A stretch of DNA of 58,409 nt, taken from contig JBBDJY010000006.1 of NCBI GenBank assembly GCA_040879645.1, forward strand, positions 33,831 to 92,239. Direction: 5' to 3'. The translations under genes were made by a program, and so were the position numbers. The notes under the pieces were generated by a model, which saw only the letters and a list, made by a program, of their open reading frames with translations, did no database searches and was not told the origin of the DNA. The stretch comes from Minisyncoccota bacterium. GTDB taxonomy: Bacteria > Patescibacteriota > Minisyncoccia > Phycocordibacterales > XYD1-FULL-46-19. The stretch's first letter is position 1, and every line of letters begins with the position of its first letter. Positions 53,462 to 58,409 of this stretch are shown here, piece after piece.

Positions 53462-54088
53462 ATGACTCAAACACTCTATGATAAAAATTATTCTGGCATA
53501 GAGCGATTCATTTTTAAATATACAATATTAAGGAATTTCAAATATATTATCTTTAACCCCGTTGCGTATACATTGATTTCAATAATCAATCTATTTTTTT
53601 TGTTTAACATATATTATTGGGATAAAGGAGTCTTAGGTTTTTTTGTCATCATTTATAGTTGGAGTATTATCGGGACCATTATTTTTTTCTTAGATAAATA
53701 TAAGATAATTATTTTTCTCGATACAAAAGATGTAGTTAAATGGCGAAGACATTTAAAGATCTATTTTTATATTATTGTTGGTTTTATGGGAATGGTGATG
53801 GGAGCTATTATGATGACCTTGGGATTGTTTGTTTATGTCATTGGTTTACTATCCAGACTAAATTTAATAGATCAAGCCTTGGTGTTAAAGATAATGCCTA
53901 TAGCTATGTTGATTGGCCTTCTGGTCTGGCCGATTAAGGGAATTTTAAATAAAGAAATAAGAATTTTAGGAGCATTTAATCTAAAAGTAAAAGGAATATT
54001 GGCAGTGATACTAAGTATTATTATTTTGTTTTTAATAGTGCTCATAATATCTCTTTACATTTTTACACTATCCACAGTCAAGTTGTAA
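53462..54088 (+). CDS. multi-pass membrane protein, unknown function
   Basis: 208 aa with 5-6 hydrophobic segments. Very AT-rich. Confidence 0.5.
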   Translation: MTQTLYDKNYSGIERFIFKYTILRNFKYIIFNPVAYTLISIINLFFLFNIYYWDKGVLGFFVIIYSWSIIGTIIFFLDKYKIIIFLDTKDVVKWRRHLKIYFYIIVGFMGMVMGAIMMTLGLFVYVIGLLSRLNLIDQALVLKIMPIAMLIGLLVWPIKGILNKEIRILGAFNLKVKGILAVILSIIILFLIVLIISLYIFTLSTVKL

Positions 54089-54117
54089 ATAGGGTATTAC
54101 TGTGTTATCTTGTCTCT

Positions 54118-54843
54118 ATGTCTACCTACATACAAAACAACCGCAAAAGGGCGGGGCTTTCGCAAGCGGAAGTCGCCAAGGTGTTGGGTGTTTCTCGCCC
54201 TACCTATACAAAACTTGAAAAGGGCGAATCAAAACCGACCGAAGAACAAAAGTCTCTGTTGGCCGGTATTTTTAGGGTTTCAAAAGAAACTGTTGAAAAA
54301 GAAAGTAGCTTAAAAGAAATTAAATTTAAAGTTAAACCAAAAGAAGTTTCCAAAGAAAATGTAGAAAAGCTCAAGCAGGTTCTACTCTATATCATTGCTA
54401 AAGTAGGGGGTCATCCAAATATTGGACAAACGGCAATTTACAAATTACTGTATTTTATCGATTTTGATTACTATGAAAAATATCAAGAATATTTAATTGG
54501 GGCAAAGTATATAAAAAATATTCATGGACCTACTCCCGTGTCATTTGCCAAAGTAACGAGAGATCTCAAAAAAGGTGGAGAGTTGGTAGAAGTAAAAAGT
54601 AAATATTTTAATTACGATCAAATAAAGTATCTGGTCACTGTTGAGCCGGATGTTTCTTTATTGTCGGCTCAGGAGCTAAAACACATTGATGATGAGTTGG
54701 TGCGTCTGGCCACCAAGACAGCCAAAGAGCTTTCAGATTTATCACACCAGGATACTCCTTGGAAGGTTGCCAAAGACCGACAAGAACTTAATTATCGGCA
54801 TGTATTTTATCGACCGGATGAAACCAGTGTTTCTGATAATTAA
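54118..54843 (+). CDS. XRE-type HTH fused to a Panacea (DUF4065/SocA-like) antitoxin domain
   Basis: HTH segment NRKRAGLSQAEVAKVLGVSRPTYTKLEKGE, then the Panacea-like pattern KLKQVLLYIIAKVGGHPNIGQTAIYKLLYFIDFDYYEKY..YIKNIHGP. Confidence 0.65.
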   Translation: MSTYIQNNRKRAGLSQAEVAKVLGVSRPTYTKLEKGESKPTEEQKSLLAGIFRVSKETVEKESSLKEIKFKVKPKEVSKENVEKLKQVLLYIIAKVGGHPNIGQTAIYKLLYFIDFDYYEKYQEYLIGAKYIKNIHGPTPVSFAKVTRDLKKGGELVEVKSKYFNYDQIKYLVTVEPDVSLLSAQELKHIDDELVRLATKTAKELSDLSHQDTPWKVAKDRQELNYRHVFYRPDETSVSDN

Positions 54844-54848
54844 TTTCT

Positions 54849-55190
54849 ATGAGTACTTTTTCAACCCTTTCTGAATTTGAAAAGGAATTAAAAAAACTTT
54901 CAAAAAAATATCCCACCCTGCCAAACGATATAGAGGATATTAAACCCGTTTTACTTGAATGCCCGACCGGCATCGGCAAGAATTTTACTATTATCAAAGC
55001 CACTGAAGAAGTAAAAATAGTTAAAGTCCGTATTCATTGCGAGTCACTGCGATCACGGGTTATTAGACTTATTTATGCCTATCATAAAAATAGGATTGAG
55101 TTTATGTATCTAGAAGTCTATTTTAAAGGAGATAAAGAAAATGAAGATAGAGGGAGGATTCAAGAGTATTTAGACAGTATTGCGAAGTGA
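54849..55190 (+). CDS. RelE/ParE-superfamily (Gp49/HigB-like) toxin candidate
   Basis: 113 aa lying 5 nt after the Panacea gene, with the pattern ..KVRIHCESLRSRVIRLIYAYHKNRIEFMYLEVYFKGDKEN.. typical of RelE-like toxins. Confidence 0.5.
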   Translation: MSTFSTLSEFEKELKKLSKKYPTLPNDIEDIKPVLLECPTGIGKNFTIIKATEEVKIVKVRIHCESLRSRVIRLIYAYHKNRIEFMYLEVYFKGDKENEDRGRIQEYLDSIAK

Positions 55191-55283
55191 AAGAAAAAAG
55201 CAATATGCAAAAAATGCATATTGCAAAATCGGATAAACCGGTAACTTTGTATTCTCTTGACGTCATTCTGAGCGCCGGCTAAT

Positions 55284-55298
55284 CGAGGTTGAACCTCG
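55284..55298 (+). repeat. hairpin CGAGGTTGAACCTCG (right edge of the AT-rich island)
   Basis: See 46708-46722. Confidence 0.6.
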
Positions 55299-55325
55299 AC
55301 CGAACCTCAATTCAAGGAGGAAAGT

Positions 55326-55368
55326 AATTGTCCGAGGCGAGGCCTCGGGCAAGGTGGTGGTTACTGGA
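55326..55368 (+). repeat. CCGAGGC-hairpin repeat, copy e
   Basis: aattgtccgaggcgaggcctcgggcaaggtggtggttactgg compared with caattgcccgaggcgaagcctcgggcaaggtggtggctaccgg at 56562-56603. Confidence 0.75.
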
Positions 55369-55696
55369 GGAGATAACCCAGCCAATGCAGGATGGTAGAC
55401 CCCGTCCAATGGAACAGGAAGATGGCAATCAAACCGATCAAGAAGAGGCAGGAGAAGAACCAAATGCCTCGACCAAGGTAGAAGATAATCGAGACGAGTT
55501 GCTCTTCCAGCGGTTTATCACAATAGTCGTTGATCCCGGGAAAAAAATTATCCCAGAGTGAGGCCGAAAGCAGGCGATCTTTCAGTGTAGGGGGGCGAGG
55601 GGGAGGGATCCAGTCCACCAGGTCGGGGTCGCAATTGGAAAAATCGCTGTCATAAAGAGCTGGCTTGTGCCTGAAGGGAGGTTCTTTGTTGTCCAT
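55361..55696 (-). CDS. hypothetical membrane protein
   Basis: AAAGGAG ribosome-binding site and a TM helix (GIWFFSCLFLIGLIAIFLF). It is antisense to a 77-aa plus-strand ORF that also has an RBS, so the strand choice is not fully secure. Confidence 0.45.
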   Translation of the reverse strand: MDNKEPPFRHKPALYDSDFSNCDPDLVDWIPPPRPPTLKDRLLSASLWDNFFPGINDYCDKPLEEQLVSIIFYLGRGIWFFSCLFLIGLIAIFLFHWTGSTILHWLGYLLQ

Positions 55697-55742
55697 AATA
55701 AAGTCTCCTTTTGTGGTTGAACAGTCTGCTTTTATCTTGCCA

Positions 55743-55787
55743 TTGACTTAATCTCAAGTCAATTTGGTATAATAATCAGGTTATAAT
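55743..55787 (+). promoter_or_regulatory. palindrome plus two -10 boxes (orphan plus-strand promoter, possibly bidirectional)
   Basis: TTGACTtaatctcAAGTCAA is an inverted repeat (55743-55762). It is followed by TGgTATAAT (55765-73) and TTATAAT (55781-87). No plus-strand ORF lies downstream. Confidence 0.4.
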
Positions 55788-55923
55788 GATAGAGGTTGGA
55801 TCTTGACCGAGGGAATTTCTTTAGAAAAAAAGGAGAGAAAAAGAGAGAAAAAGGGTCAAGAGAAAAAGGGTCAGGAGCTATTTGTTCACATTTAAAATCT
55901 GAAGGATGACTGTCTACGAAGAT

Positions 55924-55959
55924 ACAAAAAATTCCCCCGAGACTAAGTCTCATAGGGGG
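55924..55959 (-). terminator. rho-independent terminator (minus strand)
   Basis: The minus strand reads CCCCCTATGAGACTTAGTCTCGGGGG followed by AATTTTTTG, downstream of ORF 56003-56488. Confidence 0.65.
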
Positions 55960-56002
55960 AGGTGAGTCAGAAGGAAATTATCCTGATGGACATCTTGTTG
56001 TT

Positions 56003-56488
56003 TTAGTGGTTGAGCGGCCTGTATTCGATCTTGGGCTGTCTGGTCAATAGGCGGATAATATCCACCATCAAGAATGACATCAGACTGAAGAATACAAAAT
56101 AAAAGAAGATTGGGATGACGAAGAGGTGAGAGACGAGGTAAATCTTCGCGGCGTATTGCCACCCTGACACTATGTTGTCATCTTGGATAAACAGTCCGTA
56201 GGGATCGAGAAAGATAAATCCAGCCAAGACCCAAGATAGTATCAGCCAGCCGCACGCCATCTTGGCATTCCAGTCGTTTCCTCTCCGATGATGAAACCCG
56301 GTACTTTTGTCGAGACGCATAGAATAGATTTCTTGCGCCCGTATGTGCCGAGGGTGGTTTCTGTTGTAGTAAGCCTCGAAGGGGATACAAGAATCGCACC
56401 AACCCCAAATGATGGCGCCCAAACCACCCATCGTCGTCAGTGTTGCCAAGTAGAACCAGACAACATTCATTAAGTTTTCTGTCTCCAT
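56003..56488 (-). CDS. 4-TM membrane protein, paralog B (unknown family)
   Basis: Starts METENL.. behind AAAGGAG. It is a paralog of 41870-42418; shared blocks include HLFV(V/I)PIFFYF.FFSL and GW.(L/I)LSWVLA. Confidence 0.65.
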   Translation of the reverse strand: METENLMNVVWFYLATLTTMGGLGAIIWGWCDSCIPFEAYYNRNHPRHIRAQEIYSMRLDKSTGFHHRRGNDWNAKMACGWLILSWVLAGFIFLDPYGLFIQDDNIVSGWQYAAKIYLVSHLFVIPIFFYFVFFSLMSFLMVDIIRLLTRQPKIEYRPLNH

Positions 56489-56563
56489 TTCCGGCTCCTT
56501 TCTTCAGTTGCCAAACACTAATTTGTCTATCTTTTAGATTATACCTTTGGTCCAGAAAGTCAA
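56489..56563 (-). promoter_or_regulatory. conserved promoter and 5' leader, copy B
   Basis: The minus strand reads TTGACT, a 14-nt spacer, TATAAT, then the leader ..TAGACAAATTAGTGTTTGGCAA..AAAGGAGCCGGAAATG. See 42419-42493. Confidence 0.6.
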
Positions 56564-56603
56564 TTGCCCGAGGCGAAGCCTCGGGCAAGGTGGTGGCTAC
56601 CGG
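56562..56603 (+). repeat. CCGAGGC-hairpin repeat, copy f
   Basis: See 55326-55368. Confidence 0.75.
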
Positions 56604-56654
56604 AAGAAATATTCTAACCAAGGTCGGCTGGAAGATTCTATCCAATATTTTATT

Positions 56655-56682
56655 TTGACAAAATACGGTTATTTGCTATACA
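56655..56682 (+). promoter_or_regulatory. sigma70-like promoter
   Basis: TTGACA (56655-60), a 16-nt spacer, then TATACA (56677-82), upstream of ORF 56766. Confidence 0.5.
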
Positions 56683-56765
56683 GATAAGAGACAGCCGGCC
56701 GGAAGGTCGGCCTGTGATCAGGTCGGACGGTTTCTGGGTGATTGTTATAACGAAAGGAGGTAGCG

Positions 56766-57086
56766 ATGGCAGGCGAAGTTATCTTGCCGGCACAGCTTAA
56801 AACCTACTTGTGTGAGGGCATTTGGCGCGGTTGGTTTGTCTTCTCTGACAAGACGGAGAGCGAGGAGTTTACTTCCCAACTGGAAGGGGTTCTCTGTCTG
56901 TACCTTTGCTGGCTTGAAGATTTGGTTATCACACCGGAGGTGGAAGTTATGCTGGCGGAGCTTGAGCGTTCTCACTTGCCTCCGATGCCGCCTCTTTTGG
57001 CCGAGATTGGGGAATGGTTTGAAGAGGTTCCGATTGAAGACGAGGAAGATGTCTGGCGATTGGCGAAGATCGCCAGGTGCAATTGA
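56766..57086 (+). CDS. small acidic hypothetical protein
   Basis: AAAGGAGG ribosome-binding site, with a terminator following. I prefer it to the antisense 150-aa ORF 56745-57197. Confidence 0.55.
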   Translation: MAGEVILPAQLKTYLCEGIWRGWFVFSDKTESEEFTSQLEGVLCLYLCWLEDLVITPEVEVMLAELERSHLPPMPPLLAEIGEWFEEVPIEDEEDVWRLAKIARCN

Positions 57087-57101
57087 TCGTTTATGGAAGG
57101 T

Positions 57102-57137
57102 AACGGCGAACGCTTGGCGTTCGCCGTTTTTCTTTTT
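57102..57137 (+). terminator. rho-independent terminator
   Basis: Stem AACGGCGAACGC / GCGTTCGCCGTT followed by TTTTCTTTTTT. Confidence 0.85.
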
Positions 57138-57256
57138 TAACTTAAGCTGAAAGTGGCCACTTCTCCAAAGTGTTACTAACGCTTGATTAGTGTACAATCA
57201 AGTTGACAAATAACCCTTCGCTATATTATAATAATAGGAGAAAGGAGGGCCGATTT

Positions 57257-57607
57257 ATGGTCCGAAAAGAGGTTGTGCCCTGTCTTCAGATTTGGCAAGA
57301 TGATTCGGGTCTTTTGGCCGGGTTCATCATTTTTGAAGATGAAGACCGATCAATAAGTGGCAATTTTACCTCTCTGTGGGGGGCGATTGGAGAGGTTTTG
57401 GAAGCTTTCACTCAACGCCAAGTGTCGGTCTTTGGAGTGGTGGGTCTATTGGATCAAATTGAAGCGTCCGGACTCCCTCATAGTAATCAGAATTCTTTGC
57501 TGACTCTTGGCGCCCCGCCAATCAAAGAAATTAGACAAGTCTTTCTTGAGATGCTCTTGGAAAATTTTTGGCCACAAGAAGATTTTGCCAAGGTCTCGTC
57601 AAATTGA
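57257..57607 (+). CDS. small hypothetical protein
   Basis: AAAGGAGGG ribosome-binding site upstream of ATG 57257, with a terminator following. Confidence 0.5.
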   Translation: MVRKEVVPCLQIWQDDSGLLAGFIIFEDEDRSISGNFTSLWGAIGEVLEAFTQRQVSVFGVVGLLDQIEASGLPHSNQNSLLTLGAPPIKEIRQVFLEMLLENFWPQEDFAKVSSN

Positions 57608-57621
57608 GGGTCAATACGGTA

Positions 57622-57655
57622 GGGCGAAGTGTTACCAACGCTTCGCCTTTTTTTA
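57622..57655 (+). terminator. rho-independent terminator
   Basis: Stem GGCGAAG / CTTCGCC followed by TTTTTTTATTT. Confidence 0.75.
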
Positions 57656-57660
57656 TTTGG

Positions 57661-58365
57661 TTAGCCCAAGTAATGGCGAAGAGTATAGATCCAATCTTCA
57701 TCTTCTTCGCCACTGGCCAGTTTTTGTTTTAACAGCCATTCCAGATAGTCGCGGTCGGTGGTGGCTACTTCGGCCAGGGTTCGGCCCAAGTGTTTACCAA
57801 AGGTGAATTTTTTAAACAAAGTCGGCCGGGCGGAAATTTCCATCATCCGTTTGGCGGTTTCTTCATCAGACAGACCGCCGGCTTTGATTTTTTCATATTG
57901 TCGGCGAAAGATTGCTTCGGCCACCAAGACATCAGCCTCAGCATCATGAGCTTGACCCGGGACTTCAAGATCCAGATAGTAGCGGAGGAATTGCAAATTA
58001 TATTCGGGGATGACCGCCTGCTCGTCTAAGTGGCGGGCTAAGCGCAGGGTACAGATTGAGCGGGGGACGGTAAGGCCTTCGGCTTCCAGAATAGCGATAT
58101 CAAATTTGGCATTGTGAGCGACCAGAATGTGTTCGGCTAAAAGTTTTTCCAAATTTTGCCGGAATTTACTTTCAGCAAAACTTTCTTTGTCGGCCACCAT
58201 CTTATTGGTAATATGGGTAATGCTCATTGATTTGACCGAAATCGGCAGGGGTGGTTTGAAATAGGCTGTTTGTGTCCGGCCTTCCAATTTGTAGCAAACC
58301 TGACACAAGCGGTCTTTGGTCACATCATTACCGGTGGTTTCGGTGTCTAAAAAGAGAAATTCCAT
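57661..58365 (-). CDS. DEDDh 3'-5' exonuclease (ExoX/DnaQ-like) with C-terminal DUF3820-like extension
   Basis: Exo motifs LFLDTETTG, VAHNAKFDI and HDAEADV. The C-terminus (FGKHLGRTLAEVATTDRDYLEWLL) resembles the ExoX C-terminal/DUF3820 motif. Confidence 0.8.
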   Translation of the reverse strand: MEFLFLDTETTGNDVTKDRLCQVCYKLEGRTQTAYFKPPLPISVKSMSITHITNKMVADKESFAESKFRQNLEKLLAEHILVAHNAKFDIAILEAEGLTVPRSICTLRLARHLDEQAVIPEYNLQFLRYYLDLEVPGQAHDAEADVLVAEAIFRRQYEKIKAGGLSDEETAKRMMEISARPTLFKKFTFGKHLGRTLAEVATTDRDYLEWLLKQKLASGEEDEDWIYTLRHYLG

Positions 58366-58409
58366 ATGGAGATTATAGCAGTCTTGGCCGAATTAAACAG
58401 TCTTAAGCC

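Noticed and set aside
55328-55561. 77-aa plus-strand ORF (TTG start behind AAGGAGG) antisense to 55361-55696.
   Set aside because: I kept it as an alternative only. Its first codons are the repeat/hairpin sequence shared with 56562-56603, and the protein is low-complexity and acidic. The minus-strand ORF has an ATG, an RBS and a TM helix. The evidence is not decisive.
56745-57197. 150-aa minus-strand ORF.
   Set aside because: The plus-strand ORF 56766-57086 has an AAAGGAGG site and a strong terminator directly after its stop. The minus-strand ORF runs through that terminator.
1-58409. Alternative genetic code (UGA or UAA recoding, as in some CPR lineages).
   Set aside because: Conserved genes end at all three stop codons at their expected lengths; for example parB ends with TGA, pyrF with TAG and pyrE with TAA. 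No conserved gene needs read-through. The in-frame TAA stops lie in otherwise decayed or odd loci.
1-58409. Diversity-generating retroelement, retron, group II intron, IS element or prophage.
   Set aside because: I recognised no reverse transcriptase, transposase, integrase, capsid or terminase ORF. The repeat pairs I found do not show adenine-specific mismatch patterns.

Overview
This is a 58.4-kb bacterial chromosomal window using the standard genetic code: TAA, TAG and TGA all terminate conserved genes. The small housekeeping set, a SWIB-domain protein and many tiny orphan ORFs suggest a reduced-genome, possibly CPR/Patescibacteria-like organism, but that is inference only. The backbone genes are pyrF-pyrE, rpmG (missed by the ORF track), tRNA-Trp, miaA, tRNA-Leu, parB, rel/spoT, topA, dprA, serS, an ftsQ-like gene, a capA-like gene, dus, dnaX, a cell-wall amidase, SWIB, tRNA-Gln, an S8 protease and an ExoX-like exonuclease. 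By eye, the backbone is interrupted by compositionally contrasting patches, some GC-rich and some strongly AT-rich. Main hunt results follow. (1) An AT-rich block of about 8.5 kb (46.7-55.3 kb) looks like a defence/addiction island. It carries DUF3892, a leaderless LexA/S24-like repressor, an M-R-M restriction module whose nuclease is an internal tandem duplication, HigB with a HigA-ImmA/IrrE fusion, a mini PD-ExK protein, and an HTH-Panacea antitoxin with a RelE/ParE-like toxin. Portable hairpin plus extended -10 modules are scattered through it. (2) A conserved RNA-like element of about 120 nt, ending in its own intrinsic terminator, occurs in two copies (44.2 and 46.6 kb). The copies bracket one gene and sit in unusually long, hairpin-dense, ORF-free spacers. 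(3) Three cargo segments are bounded by direct repeats, with no recombinase anywhere in the window: a tRNA-Leu islet (10.1-12.0 kb), a DUF3800-NTase-Nudix-Fic segment (34.8-38.0 kb), and the 605-aa gene between the RNA-element copies. (4) Two paralogous 4-TM proteins, 14 kb apart, have promoter/leader regions that are better conserved than their coding sequences. (5) A gene-decay zone holds CsoR-like and MgtE-like pseudogenes, a chimeric Nudix fragment, and a TAA-interrupted GC-rich ORF. I recognised no rRNA, CRISPR array, transposase, integrase or reverse transcriptase. All coordinates, alignments and mismatch counts were made by hand and should be recomputed.
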